From positions 1 to 49,101 of the forward strand of contig JADQBC010000004.1 of assembly GCA_016903655.1 (NCBI GenBank): DNA of 49,101 nt, given 5' to 3'. Source of the stretch: Gomphosphaeria aponina SAG 52.96 = DSM 107014 (GTDB lineage: Bacteria > Cyanobacteriota > Cyanobacteriia > Cyanobacteriales > Gomphosphaeriaceae). Shown piece by piece: positions 27,143 through 38,700 of this stretch. Position numbers and translations under genes: made by a program. The stretch's first letter is position 1; every line of letters starts with the position of its first letter. The notes under the pieces are model-generated. The model did no database searches and was not told the origin of the DNA. It was given only the letters and a program-made list of their open reading frames with translations.

Positions 27143-29050
27143 ATGGAAACTGCTCACCTGCACCCAGACACGATCGAAGAAGTTAAAGAAAAAGTTGACA
27201 TTGTTGATATAATATCCGACAATGTAGTGCTGCGTAAGCGGGGAAAAGATTATTTTGGTTTGTGTCCCTTTCATAAAGAAAAAACACCGAGTTTTAGCGT
27301 AAGTCCTAGCAAACAACTGTACTATTGTTTTGGATGTGGCACTGGAGGAAGTGCAATTAAATTCCTGATGGAATTGGGGAAACAATCTTTTCAGACAGTG
27401 GTGCTAGATTTAGCGCAAAGGTATCAAATACCCTTAAAAACTTTAGAACCAAAACAGCGGCTTGAACTTGAGCGTCAAATATCCCTACGAGAACAATTGT
27501 ATGAGATTTTGGCACTAACTGCTAGCTTTTATCAACACGCGCTACAACAACCCCAAGGAGAGGGAGCATTAACTTATTTGCAATCTGAACGCAACTTAAG
27601 GAGTGATACAATACAACAATTCCAATTAGGGTATGCACCAGGGGGGTGGGAGACACTTTATCGCTATTTAGTAGAGGAGAAACGCTATTCTGTGGAATTA
27701 GTGGCAGAGGCGGGATTGATTAAAAAACGGAAGTCAGAAGATGGTTATTATGATCAATTCCGCGATCGCCTGATGATTCCCATCTGCGATCATCAGGGAA
27801 GAATTATTGCTTTTGGGAGTAGAACTCTGAGTGAAGAGCAACCAAAATACCTTAATTCTCCAGAAACTCCTCTTTTTAATAAGAGTAAAACATTATTTGC
27901 CCTGAATTTAGCTCGTAATCAGATTATTGAGCAAGATCTCGCAGTAATTGTGGAAGGATATTTTGATGCGATCGCTCTTCATGCCCGCGGCATATCTAAT
28001 GTTGTTGCTTGTTTGGGTACTGCTTTAACCAGTGATCAACTCAAACTGCTCCTCCGTTACACTGACTCTAAACAAGTGGTGTTTAATTTTGATGGAGACA
28101 CTGCTGGTATTAATGCTGCTCAACGAGCAATTGGAGAAATTGAATCTCTAATATTAGCAGGACAAGTACAGTTACGAGTTCTCAACCTCCCCAATAGTAA
28201 AGATGCTGATGAATTTATGCAAGCTCACCCAGATGCGATCGCTCAATATCGTACTCTTTTAGAAACTGCTCCCTTATGGCTAGATTGGCTTATAATTCAA
28301 ACTTTAACAGGTCATAACCTGAAACAGGCAGATGAATTTCAGCACGTAGCCCAAAAGTTAGTTAAATTACTTACCCAAATTGATCATCTCGACCTACGGA
28401 CACATTATCTTGCCAAATCTGCTGAACTTTTGAGTAGAGGAGACGCTCAATACTTTAAAAAAATACAAGAAGATTTGCATACCCAAGTTAACCAAAGAAG
28501 AAAAGGTGGGAGTAAAAAGAATAGTAGTATTTTTTTACTCCCAGAACAAACTCAATTAGAACAAGCTGAAGCTTTACTATTAAGAATTTACCTCCACTTT
28601 CCAGCACAAAGAAATGCCATTTTTAATACCTTAGAAGAAAAAGATTTATTATTTAGTTTATCTCATCATCGTTATTTATGGCGGCAGATCCTTAAATTAG
28701 AGCCATTACCTCCAGAAAAAAATTCAGCTAGTGATATTTTAACCCAATTAGCAAGTCAAGATTTTCCAGAAATGGCTCAAGTGATTCATTTATTTGAGCT
28801 AGATGAAACAACTCAGGGAGACATTGCTCGTCTTCCCTTATTAATGCAAGCAGCGATCGCTTCTCTTGAGCTTGTGTCTTGCGAGAACCATAAGCGTTAT
28901 TGTTATGAACAATGGCAAAAACTTGATTCCCACACTAACTCTGATCAATGGCAATATTACTATCAAGAGTATTTTAACTTCAAACAGCGTATGATTGCCC
29001 TAGAATCACAACGACATTTTACCCTCCTTGATCTCCTCAATTATCATTAG
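27143..29050 (+). CDS. dnaG: DNA primase
   Basis: CHC2 finger CPFH...CFGC, PKYLNSPET, TOPRIM VEGYFD and DGD. Confidence 0.97.
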   Translation: METAHLHPDTIEEVKEKVDIVDIISDNVVLRKRGKDYFGLCPFHKEKTPSFSVSPSKQLYYCFGCGTGGSAIKFLMELGKQSFQTVVLDLAQRYQIPLKTLEPKQRLELERQISLREQLYEILALTASFYQHALQQPQGEGALTYLQSERNLRSDTIQQFQLGYAPGGWETLYRYLVEEKRYSVELVAEAGLIKKRKSEDGYYDQFRDRLMIPICDHQGRIIAFGSRTLSEEQPKYLNSPETPLFNKSKTLFALNLARNQIIEQDLAVIVEGYFDAIALHARGISNVVACLGTALTSDQLKLLLRYTDSKQVVFNFDGDTAGINAAQRAIGEIESLILAGQVQLRVLNLPNSKDADEFMQAHPDAIAQYRTLLETAPLWLDWLIIQTLTGHNLKQADEFQHVAQKLVKLLTQIDHLDLRTHYLAKSAELLSRGDAQYFKKIQEDLHTQVNQRRKGGSKKNSSIFLLPEQTQLEQAEALLLRIYLHFPAQRNAIFNTLEEKDLLFSLSHHRYLWRQILKLEPLPPEKNSASDILTQLASQDFPEMAQVIHLFELDETTQGDIARLPLLMQAAIASLELVSCENHKRYCYEQWQKLDSHTNSDQWQYYYQEYFNFKQRMIALESQRHFTLLDLLNYH

Positions 29051-29072
29051 TGCAGAAGCCAGAAGGCAACCC

Positions 29073-29891
29073 TCAACCATCTTTTTGCTTAATCTCTTCA
29101 ACTTTAAGGAGAATGAGATATTCATAAAAAGCCTGCAAAGTACACCAAGCAAAACCAGGTTTGCCATCAAAAATTCCCCCTAAAACAAAGTACATATAAA
29201 TCCAGCGGAATACAGGACGAAAAGGGAGGCGAAGTGATAAATTTTTCAAAGCTCTTCTTCTGATAACTTCCGACTTACCCAAGAATAAATCCTGCCAATT
29301 AATATCCCCTGTTGCTAATTGTTTAATCGTTTCCATCGCTTCATCACTAGAATAACGATTATGCTTATCAAGCCAACGGCTTAAACCTTTACTACAAGTA
29401 TAATGAGGATAAGTTTGTTGTAAAAAACCAGTCACTCCATCACAGACTTCTCTTTCTGCATGACCATAGTCAGTAAACCAAACTTTTCCCTTGTGAAAAA
29501 GACGCATTTGATAACGAGGATATTGAGTGCTGTAGCGAATCCACTTACCCATAAATATCACTTTTTCAGCCACATAATAACCAACTGCATTAGTAGATTT
29601 TATTGCCCCAAGACATTCCTCAAATAATTCTGGAGTCATTCGCTCATCAGCTTCCAGAATATAAACCCATTCATATTTCGTTGGCATTGTTTTTAGCATC
29701 CAAGTCCGTTGAAGACCATGACTTTCAAACTTATGTTGCACAATACGCACATCATAAATCGAAGCAATTTCAAGAGTGCGGTCTGTACTGAAAGAATCAA
29801 CTACAATTAAATCATCTGACAGCATTGCTGACTCTATACAAGGGCCAATATCTATTTCTTCATTATAAGTGAGAATATAAATTGAAAACAT
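29073..29891 (-). CDS. Family 2 glycosyltransferase
   Basis: ILTYNEE, VDSFSTD, EADE, WLDKHNRYS. Likely start MFSIY at 29891. Confidence 0.9.
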   Translation of the reverse strand: MFSIYILTYNEEIDIGPCIESAMLSDDLIVVDSFSTDRTLEIASIYDVRIVQHKFESHGLQRTWMLKTMPTKYEWVYILEADERMTPELFEECLGAIKSTNAVGYYVAEKVIFMGKWIRYSTQYPRYQMRLFHKGKVWFTDYGHAEREVCDGVTGFLQQTYPHYTCSKGLSRWLDKHNRYSSDEAMETIKQLATGDINWQDLFLGKSEVIRRRALKNLSLRLPFRPVFRWIYMYFVLGGIFDGKPGFAWCTLQAFYEYLILLKVEEIKQKDG

Positions 29892-29949
29892 TGTTAATGG
29901 ATAATGGATAATAGATAATGAATTGATCAGGAACAATCAACAATTAACA

Positions 29950-30747
29950 ATGGAATGGCAAGAAATTTCTGGGAGCTGGGTGTTAATTCCCCGACAACCC
30001 ATAGGCGTTGTCCATTTTCTTGGGGGAGCTTTCGTAGCAACTGCACCGCAGATTAGCTATCGCTGGTTATTAGAACAACTAGGAAAAGCAGGATATGTGG
30101 TAATTGCTACCCCATTTATCAATACCTTAGATCATCTGGCGATCGCCCGTTACGTTCTCAATCGCTTTGAAAGCATTCTCGACAGATTACAAGGTAATTC
30201 AATTTTACCAACTCGCTATCTTCCCATTTATGGAATTGGTCATAGTATGGGTTGTAAATTACATCTGCTCATCGGTAGTCTTTTTTCTGTGGAAAGGGCG
30301 GGGAATATCCTAATTTCTTTTAATAATTATCCTGCTAATCGCTCGATTCCCTTTGTCGAGCAGTTAAAAGATGCAATTGAAGTTGAATTTACCCCATCCC
30401 CTCAAGAAACTAGCGAACTCATTACCGAAAATTACCAAATTCGCCGTAATCTTTTAATTCGTTTTAACAACGATGATATTGACCAGACTAATATTTTAAA
30501 CCCAGTTCTGAATACACGCTTCCCCAACATGGTAGTTCAATTAAAACTACCTGGAAATCATCTGACTCCTCTGGGACAGGAATTTAACTGGCAAGTAGGG
30601 GAAATTTTTACACCTTTTGATGCTATTGGTCAATGGGTAAAACAAGGATTTTCCCGCGACTTACAGCAACTCAAACAAGAAATTATTCGCTGGTTAAATC
30701 CCATTAACAATGAACTAAACTGGACTAACTTGGGCCCGATAAAGTAA
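29950..30747 (+). CDS. DUF1350 family alpha/beta-hydrolase-like protein
   Basis: HFLGGAFV, GHSMG, LISFNN, GNHLTP. Likely start MEWQEI. Confidence 0.85.
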   Translation: MEWQEISGSWVLIPRQPIGVVHFLGGAFVATAPQISYRWLLEQLGKAGYVVIATPFINTLDHLAIARYVLNRFESILDRLQGNSILPTRYLPIYGIGHSMGCKLHLLIGSLFSVERAGNILISFNNYPANRSIPFVEQLKDAIEVEFTPSPQETSELITENYQIRRNLLIRFNNDDIDQTNILNPVLNTRFPNMVVQLKLPGNHLTPLGQEFNWQVGEIFTPFDAIGQWVKQGFSRDLQQLKQEIIRWLNPINNELNWTNLGPIK

Positions 30748-31365
30748 TTTATCGCCTTGACGATAACCTGGATAACGAACCCTAACAGGATCTCCTATTT
30801 GAGCAGATCCTGTTATTAATTGATGGAATTGAGGCGTATAAAGTACCTCTTCACCCACAGAAGCGATCGCTTCTACTCCCCATTCTGCTAACAACTCTGT
30901 CACAGGTTTTACTAAAGGTAATAACCTCACTGCTGGTAACTCATTATTTTTCTCCACTGCTGCTACTGCTGTGGGCCATTGTAACAACCAACTTTCCAAC
31001 TTTTTGATACATTTTCCCTGAAACTCCGCCTCTAAACTTTCCTTTTGTTGTTCCATTTGTGCTTGCAACTGTTGATATTCTTGTTTAATTTCTGCCACTC
31101 CCCTCAAATTTTCATTCCCCATCCCTGCCATTAATTTTGGTTCTAAAATACTCACCAACTTACTCAATGGTAATTTTAAAGCTTGGGAAATAGAAACTAG
31201 AGTTTCCAAGTCCATTTTTGGTAATAAACCTGCTTGCAGTCGATATAATTGCCTTTCCGAAACCCCAGCAATGTTGCTTAATTCTTTTAAACTAGAAATA
31301 CCCACCTGCTCCATTAATTGCCTTAACAGTTGGCTATTTTTGCGGGAGTAATTATTACTTTCCAT
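30715..31365 (-). CDS. XRE-type HTH plus coiled coil plus GrpE-like domain protein
   Basis: N-terminal HTH (SLKELSNIAGVSERQLYRL), WLLQWPTA, C-terminal VRYPGYRQGDKLLYRAQV. Confidence 0.8.
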   Translation of the reverse strand: MESNNYSRKNSQLLRQLMEQVGISSLKELSNIAGVSERQLYRLQAGLLPKMDLETLVSISQALKLPLSKLVSILEPKLMAGMGNENLRGVAEIKQEYQQLQAQMEQQKESLEAEFQGKCIKKLESWLLQWPTAVAAVEKNNELPAVRLLPLVKPVTELLAEWGVEAIASVGEEVLYTPQFHQLITGSAQIGDPVRVRYPGYRQGDKLLYRAQVSPV

Positions 31366-31371
31366 ATTGTT

Positions 31372-31635
31372 TTAAGCTAAATGTTTTGCCAAAACCTCTC
31401 GGGGTGCGCGACGCACTCGACACTTAATAGTTTCCTTGCCGAGACGCTGATGGGCTTCATAACGATGACAACCTGAAAAACCATAGTATTGCCCTTCTAT
31501 TTCTAGCACTTCTATAGGTTCTCGCAAACCCTCTTCAGCAATAGATTTCATCAACTCTTCCACTTTTTGTGGGTCTGTTTGTCGAGGTAAAGGACGGCGA
31601 ATTGATCTCAGAAGAATCTCTTTAATTTCAACCAT
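31372..31635 (-). CDS. srxA: Sulfiredoxin (ParB-like)
   Basis: YYGFSGCHRYEA catalytic motif. 87 aa. Confidence 0.9.
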   Translation of the reverse strand: MVEIKEILLRSIRRPLPRQTDPQKVEELMKSIAEEGLREPIEVLEIEGQYYGFSGCHRYEAHQRLGKETIKCRVRRAPREVLAKHLA

Positions 31636-31642
31636 TGTTATC

Positions 31643-31687
31643 CTGTGTTGGGAATGATTACATAATGACTATGATTAGATTATGGGT
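31643..31687 (+). repeat. ~49-bp dispersed repeat, diverged copy D
   Basis: CTGTG...ATGATTACATAATGACTATGATTAGATTATGGGT. Confidence 0.6.
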
Positions 31688-32016
31688 ATTCTAGTAATCT
31701 TGGCTTATCAGTTAACTGTTAAAACCCTGATCCCAAATTTCAAATAATTCAAAAAAATCCAATCTTAACTTTATAAAGTATAGCAATTAGTGCTTTCTGC
31801 AGGTAGCAACTCTTTCAGTTTGTCAATCAGCAGATCACCTCCTTCTGTAGAAGAGCTTAAAAGCTTCATGTTAACTTTTTTTCAAGTTAATGATAAATTT
31901 TGTTGCCAAAAAATCCCTAGAGCAAACCCAGGCTAACTTTTTGTTACAATTGATACAATTAAAATTAAATTCCCTAGTTTTACTATAGAAATAAATAGTA
32001 CTAAAAAACCAAAAAG

Positions 32017-33216
32017 ATGACCAACGACACTAATTCCATCCTCATCCCGATTAAAAACTTTATAGCACAAAACCAGTCTAAGTTGTTTCAAGTATTGAAG
32101 CAAAGTCAATTGACAGGAACGCTAATCCTGACAGATGCTCAAGGGACAGAAGCAGAATTTTATCTCTATCTTGGTCGAATTTTATACGTTACAGGGGGGA
32201 TTCATCCAGTAAGACGCTTCCGCCGCAACTTAGCCGCTTATCTTCGGCCGACAGCTTTTGAGCTAGCAACAATCCAAAAGGATCTGACAGGAATTACTGC
32301 CGCGGAGTTAGAGTTATGTTGGGAATATCATTTGTTGTGTCTGTGGAGGGAACAGAAGAAAATCAACCATTCTCAAGTGATGAGCATAATTCGGGCTTTA
32401 GTGACAGAGGTTTTGTTTGATCTAAGTGGGCCAAGAAATGTGACATATCAATTCAAGGAAGATAAAGCCTTAGTGTCGAAGCAACTGGTTTTGATTGATC
32501 CAGAAGGAATGATCGTTGAAACTTGGAAAAACTGGCAAGCTTGGCAGGGAAGTAACTTTGCCTATAGTTTTCTCAATAGCGCCCCATTGCTAGGGAAACC
32601 AGAGCGATTGAGCGAAGAGGCTAAATCATTGCGAATTAATCAAGCAATGATTAAAATATTAGATGGCAAACGTACTATTCGGGATCTGGCAGTGCAACTT
32701 AAACGGGATCCCATTGAAGTACTTCGTTTACTAACACCTTACATGAATCTGGGGGCAGTGGAATTAGTAGAAATTCCCGATTTACCTCCGCCCATAACGC
32801 CGCTAAAGCAAAATACCTCACCGCCCATTGTCTCAAGCCAACCTGTGATCGCTTGTGTGGATGATAGCATTCTAATTTGCCATTATTTAGAAAGAATACT
32901 CACAAAAGCAGGCTATGAGTTTGTGGGAATGACTGATTCTTTAATGGCATTATCTATGATTTTAGAACGGAAGCCTGATTTGATTTTTCTTGATCTGAAT
33001 ATGCCAAATGCTAATGGTTACGAAATTTGCCACCAGTTAAGGCAAATACAGGATTTTCGTAATACGCCAATCATTATTTTGACAGGAAAAGAAGGAATTA
33101 TTGACCGAGTTAGAGCTAAAATAGTCGGCTGTTCTGATTTTCTCACTAAACCAGTAGAAGGGAAAACAATCCTCAGCACGATCACTAAACATCTAAAACA
33201 AGGCGCTATTCGTTAG
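32017..33216 (+). CDS. PatA-family response regulator (PATAN plus receiver), paralog 1
   Basis: YLYLGRILYVTGGIHPVRRFRR. Receiver CVDDS...FLDLNMP...DFLTKP. Confidence 0.9.
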   Translation: MTNDTNSILIPIKNFIAQNQSKLFQVLKQSQLTGTLILTDAQGTEAEFYLYLGRILYVTGGIHPVRRFRRNLAAYLRPTAFELATIQKDLTGITAAELELCWEYHLLCLWREQKKINHSQVMSIIRALVTEVLFDLSGPRNVTYQFKEDKALVSKQLVLIDPEGMIVETWKNWQAWQGSNFAYSFLNSAPLLGKPERLSEEAKSLRINQAMIKILDGKRTIRDLAVQLKRDPIEVLRLLTPYMNLGAVELVEIPDLPPPITPLKQNTSPPIVSSQPVIACVDDSILICHYLERILTKAGYEFVGMTDSLMALSMILERKPDLIFLDLNMPNANGYEICHQLRQIQDFRNTPIIILTGKEGIIDRVRAKIVGCSDFLTKPVEGKTILSTITKHLKQGAIR

Positions 33217-33424
33217 ACTATAGACTAGAAAAAAATCTCCTTTGTGTTCCTGGTAGCTACTTGATAAAAATATTAAAATAACGTAAGATATGATTGAGCA
33301 GAAAAGCAAAAAGAGATGCTCTTTCAGAGCGGCTAAGTACAACCAAGAATTGAGGTTGAGCAGAATGTGAGAGCAATCTCTAAGGGATCAAAGCAATTTA
33401 AAGTAGATCAGTTAATTAATATTC

Positions 33425-34651
33425 TTGAGCGCAAAGATGCCCCCTAACGATACAGCTAAAAATGGTCTTCCGAATAGGGAGTTTACCGCTTCAATGCAAA
33501 CAGAAATGTTTGAAGGGTTGAAGCAACGTACATTTAGTGGTAAAGTAACATTAGCAGGTTTCGGTCACAACAATTGGACATTTTATCTCTACCTGGGGCG
33601 CATCGTATATGCGACGGGAGGGGTTCATCCAGTCAGACGATTCCGCAGAAATTTAGTCGCCCACTTACCTAAAATACCTTCTACCCTCGGAGCTTGGAAA
33701 GCAGATTTGCAAGCGAGCAAGCTCGAAGATTTTCAAGGGCTATGGGAGTATGAGTTATTGTACCTATGGGTAGAGGGGGAAAAAACAAGCCTGGAAAATG
33801 TGTCGAAAATGGTGCGGGGGATTTTGGTAGAGGTGATGTTTGATCTAGCCCAGCAAGTTGACTTGAAATGCACACTGAAACCAGAGGATTCTTTGGCAAA
33901 AAGACTGGTATTAATCGATTCAGAGCAAGTAATTGCAGAAGCAAAGAAGCAATGGCAGGCTTGGCAAACGGCAAAAATAGCCGATCGCTCGCCAGATCTA
34001 GCACCAGTGATAGTACAAGCAGAAGAGCTGCAAAAAAATACCTCAGAGCAAGTATATAAAACTCTCAGCCAACTATTGGATGGACAGCACACTTTCCGTG
34101 ACTTGAGTGTGCGGATGAAAAGGGATGTGTTGACTGTAACGCGATCGCTGCTGCCTTATGTGCAGTCAGGAATGGTAAAGTTGGTTGAAATCCAAGATTT
34201 ACCAGCTCCAATAAATGTCCGCAGGGCGGCAAGTGCTCAAGGAGCTTCAAAACCAAAAAAAGGATCAGGAAAGCAGACAGTAATCGCTTGTGTGGATGAT
34301 AGCCCTTTGATTTGCCAGACAATGGAAAAAATAATCACAGCGGCAGGGTATGAGTTTGTGGGGGTGAATGATGCACTGCGGGCGATCGCTATTCTCTTGG
34401 CAAAGAAGCCAGATTTGATTTTCCTCGATCTGGTAATGCCAAATGCTAATGGGTATGAAATTTGCGCTCAGTTACGGAAACTTTCTTTTTTTCGTAATAC
34501 GCCAATTATTATTTTGACAGGAAATGATGGTCTAATTGACAGAGTAAGGGCAAAAATGGTGGGTTCTTCAGATTTTCTGACTAAACCAGTTAATTCAGAA
34601 ATTGTACTTGATACAATCCGCAAACATCTTAAAGTTGATCCAGCCTCTTAA
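33425..34651 (+). CDS. PatA-family response regulator (PixG/TaxP-like), paralog 2
   Basis: YLYLGRIVYATGGVHPVRRFRR. Receiver CVDDS...FLDLVMP. The start may be slightly downstream of the TTG (MPPNDT). Confidence 0.9.
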   Translation: MSAKMPPNDTAKNGLPNREFTASMQTEMFEGLKQRTFSGKVTLAGFGHNNWTFYLYLGRIVYATGGVHPVRRFRRNLVAHLPKIPSTLGAWKADLQASKLEDFQGLWEYELLYLWVEGEKTSLENVSKMVRGILVEVMFDLAQQVDLKCTLKPEDSLAKRLVLIDSEQVIAEAKKQWQAWQTAKIADRSPDLAPVIVQAEELQKNTSEQVYKTLSQLLDGQHTFRDLSVRMKRDVLTVTRSLLPYVQSGMVKLVEIQDLPAPINVRRAASAQGASKPKKGSGKQTVIACVDDSPLICQTMEKIITAAGYEFVGVNDALRAIAILLAKKPDLIFLDLVMPNANGYEICAQLRKLSFFRNTPIIILTGNDGLIDRVRAKMVGSSDFLTKPVNSEIVLDTIRKHLKVDPAS

Positions 34652-34772
34652 AACAATTGCTTAAAAAATCTTAAACTTACGCCAAAAAATAGGGAAAAAT
34701 AGCCAAAATCAAACCAATTCTATTATGATGAAAAATAACAAGATTATCAATTATTAGTTGAGAGGTGAATGT

Positions 34773-35138
34773 ATGGGAAAAGCACTAATTGTTGATGATT
34801 CCTCAACAGAAAGAGAAATCATCTCGAAGTATTTGGAGCAAGCAGGAATAAATGTCTCCATGGCTAAAAGTGGGGAGGAGGCTTTAGAAAAAATTGGTAA
34901 TGATCTACCAGATATCATAGTCCTGGATGTGGTTTTACCAGGACGCAGCGGCTTTGAAATTTGTCGCGAAATTAAAGCCACCTCGCAAACAAGCAAGATT
35001 CCGATTATTATCTGCTCTACTAAAGGAACTGAAATGGATAAATTTTGGGGGATGAAACAGGGAGCAGATGCCTATCTCCCTAAGCCAATAGATCAAGAAG
35101 AATTTATCCGCACTGTCAAACAGTTGATCAAGGGTTAA
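34773..35138 (+). CDS. CheY-like response regulator (PixH/PilH-like)
   Basis: LIVDDS, VLDVVLP, DKFWGMKQGADAYLPKP. Likely start MGKAL. Confidence 0.92.
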   Translation: MGKALIVDDSSTEREIISKYLEQAGINVSMAKSGEEALEKIGNDLPDIIVLDVVLPGRSGFEICREIKATSQTSKIPIIICSTKGTEMDKFWGMKQGADAYLPKPIDQEEFIRTVKQLIKG

Positions 35139-35142
35139 TCTG

Positions 35143-35703
35143 ATGATGCAGTCCGATTTTTACCTTCCTACTTCTGAGCGGCGCTCATCAACTCACGACT
35201 ATGAAAAAAAGTCGCAGGCTCAGTTTTTGCGCTTTCATCTTGTACCCGATACCAATGTGATGTTGCCCATTTTTCAGCTAAGTGAGGTGCTGAGTATTCC
35301 CTATGGTCAGATTGTTCCTATCCCAGCAATGCCAGCCTGGGTGATGGGGGTTTACAATTGGCGGGGTGAAATTTTGTGGATGGTGGATCTGGGTCATCTG
35401 GTTGGACTAATTCCATGGTATCAACAAACAGTAAGTTCTTCTAACCACCGAGCTGTGGTACTTAATGCTAATTTGGGCAGGAGCGCTAGGTCTTCTCATG
35501 GGAGAAATGAAATGCTGGGGTTGGTTGTGAATCGGATAGAAGATATTGAATGGTGTAACCCAGATGAGTTTTATTCGCCTCCAGCTTCGGCTGTTAGCTC
35601 TGAATTAGCAACTTTTTTGCGGGGCTATTGGTTAAAACAAAATGGTGAAATGTTAGTTGCTCTTGATGGTGAGGCAATTATGGCGGCAATGCCTAAACCT
35701 TAA
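35143..35703 (+). CDS. cheW: CheW-like adaptor (PixI-like)
   Basis: IVPIPAMPAWVMGVYNWRGEILWMVDL. Confidence 0.92.
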   Translation: MMQSDFYLPTSERRSSTHDYEKKSQAQFLRFHLVPDTNVMLPIFQLSEVLSIPYGQIVPIPAMPAWVMGVYNWRGEILWMVDLGHLVGLIPWYQQTVSSSNHRAVVLNANLGRSARSSHGRNEMLGLVVNRIEDIEWCNPDEFYSPPASAVSSELATFLRGYWLKQNGEMLVALDGEAIMAAMPKP

Positions 35704-35781
35704 GGGTGGGTTCATGGTTGATGGTTGATGGTCTTTCATGAACGATGAACGGTTAAAAATTATATAAGATGAGGTAAATTT

Positions 35782-38700
35782 ATGACTAAAACTTCTCCTA
35801 AGCCACAGGATAAAAATTCAGCAATAGAGGCAAAAATAACTCCTACTCATGATAAATCATCCCTGAAAAAATCAGGAGAAACTGGCAAAGTGTTGGCGCA
35901 GAACTCACGACAATGGAGACAAGCTAGTTCGGGAAAAGATTGGTGGGAAAAAAAAAGTTTAGGATTTAAAGCGACTTTGGCAGCGGCGTTGATGGGCGTA
36001 TTACCAATTATAATTATTGGGGGTATAGCATATTTTTTAGCAAACAGACAGTTTGAAAAACAAGCAACTGAAAATGTCCAATCAAGAGCGGTGGAATTGA
36101 AAGATAAGTTACAATTAAGTTTGGAAAATATCTATGGGGATATTCAAATACTCTCTGGGTTAAATGTTTTTACAGATCCTAGTTTAAGGGAAAAAATAAC
36201 TAGGGAGGAAAAAGAGGCAATTCTTACTGAATATGTGAAAAATTCTTATTACTATGATAGTCTAGCAGTGTTTGACTTGAAGGGTGATGTGCTAGCTCAA
36301 TCGGAGGGAGAAAAACTACCTAATAAGTTTGAACAGGACTATATTCAAGCAGTACTGAAAACAAAAAATACTTTTATTAGTGATCCCCAAATATCTCCGC
36401 AGACGGGAATTTTAAGTGTATATGTTTCCGCACCCATTATCAATAGGGAAACGGGGAAAATGGATGCTATTATTCGCAGTCGGCTGCCGATGATGGGATT
36501 TAATGAGATATTTTTAGGGCAAAAAAAAAGAGGGGGAAATTATCATATTATTGACAGTAGAAATAAAATAGTTTCAGCAGAAAATGAGGAGGAAATAAAT
36601 AAACCTTTGGCTCAATTGTTTCCTGTGGTAGGAGCAAGGGTGGAAGAAATAGAAGCAGGAGATGAATCACAAGCACCAGAAGCTTTGACTATAACTGATA
36701 ACCATGAGGGAAAAGAAGCAATAATAGGGGTGGGTTTTCTAGATAAAGAACTAGAAGAAAAATATAATTTGGATTGGAAGATGCTGGTTGCTGTAGAGCA
36801 AAATGTGGCTTTGGCGGCAAAGTCTCAGTTACTCTGGACGCTGCTTTTTGGGAGTGTAGTTACGGCAGGGATGGTGAGTTCGTTGGCAATATTACTGGTA
36901 AATAGGGCTACTCGCCCAATTCAGGATGTGGCAAGGGCGGTGGAAAAAATTGGTCAGGGAGATTTTACGACTCAGCTTGTGGTAACAGGTCAAGATGAAA
37001 TCGGGTTATTGTCAAGTAATATTAACCAAATGACAAACCGCATTAAAACTTTGATCGAAGAACAACAGTTGTCGGCTACTCAAGCAGTTTTGCTACGGAA
37101 TATTACTCTAAAATTGGCTGAGGCTTTAAACACGGAAACGGTGTTTAAAATTGTGGTGACGGAAATGCGCGAGGCGCTAGGCTCAGATAGGGTTTTGGTG
37201 TATCGTTTTGATGAAAATTGGCAAGGAAAAATTATTGCCGAATCGGTAGGGGATTCTTGGCCGCTTTCTTTGGGTGCAACTATTAATGACCCCTGTTTTG
37301 CGGAGCGGTATGTGCAGAAATATAAACAGGGTCGGGTACAGGCAACACCAGATATTTATAATGCTGGGTTAACGGAGTGTCACATCCAACAGTTAGAACC
37401 TTTTGCGGTGAAGGCTAATTTGGTGGCTCCAATTACTGTGGAAGGGGAGCTGCTGGGGTTATTAATTACTCACCAATGCGATCGCCCTCGCCATTGGGAA
37501 AAAACGGAAATTGACTTTTTTGCCCAGACGGCAACCCAAATCGGCCCAGCACTCGAAAGAACTATACTCCTGGAAAAACAGGTACTTGATGCCCAGTTGG
37601 CTCAAAGTCTGAAGGAAATAACTATCAGAATTGCCCAAAGTTTAAATCAGGATGCAGTATTTGATATAGCTGTGCGGGAAAGCAGACTGGCTCTGGCGGC
37701 AGATCGGGTGATTGTCTATCTTTTTGCTCCAGATTGGTCGGGGACGGTGGTGGCTGAATCGGTTGGGGATTTGTGGCCTCGGGCTTTGGGGAATACAATT
37801 GATGATCCTTGCTTTATTGAGAAGTACATCGAAAAGTATAAGCAGGGTAGGGTTCATCCTACTAATAATATCTATACCGCAGGTTTGACAGATTGTTACC
37901 TGCGACAACTAGAACCTTTTGCAGTGAAGGCTAATTTGGTTACGCCTATTATAGTAGAAGGGGAACTAATCGGTTTATTAATTGCTCACCAGTGTTCGGG
38001 CCCGCGCAAATGGGAGCAAGGGGAAATTGATTTCTTAACTCAGGTTGCTACTCAAATTGGCCCGGCTCTTGAGCGGGTAAATCTTTTGGCGGGGCAACGC
38101 CAGGCGGAAGCAGAACAACGGCAGGAAAAAGAAAGACTGCAACAGCGAGCTTTGGAGTTGTTGATGGAGGTGGATCCTGTGAGTCAAGGGGATTTGACGA
38201 TCCGCGCTAGTGTGACTGAGGATGAAATTGGGACTATTGCTGATTCCTATAATGCGATGATTGAAAACTTGCGGCGGATTGTTGATCAGGTACAATCCGC
38301 AGCTATGCAAGTGACGGCTACTACTAGAGAAAATGAGATTTATGTGGGAAATCTCTCCGCTGAGTCTCTGCGTCAGGCTACTGATATTATGCAGACCCTA
38401 GATAAGATTCAAGGGATGAATGAATCTATTAGCGCGGTGGCAGCTTCCGCTGAACAAGCAGAGGTGGCAGTGAAACTGGCATCAGACAGTGTGGAATCTG
38501 GGGATGCGGCAATGAATCGCACGGTGGATGGGATTTTGGCGATCAGGGAAACTGTGGCAGAAACGGCGAAGAAGGTTAAGCGTCTTGGGGAGTCAACGCA
38601 AAAAATCTCGCAGGTGGTTAATTTGATTAGTAGTTTTGCTGACCAAACTAATTTGTTGGCCCTGAATGCTTCTATTGAGGCGGCTCACGCTGGGGAAGAA

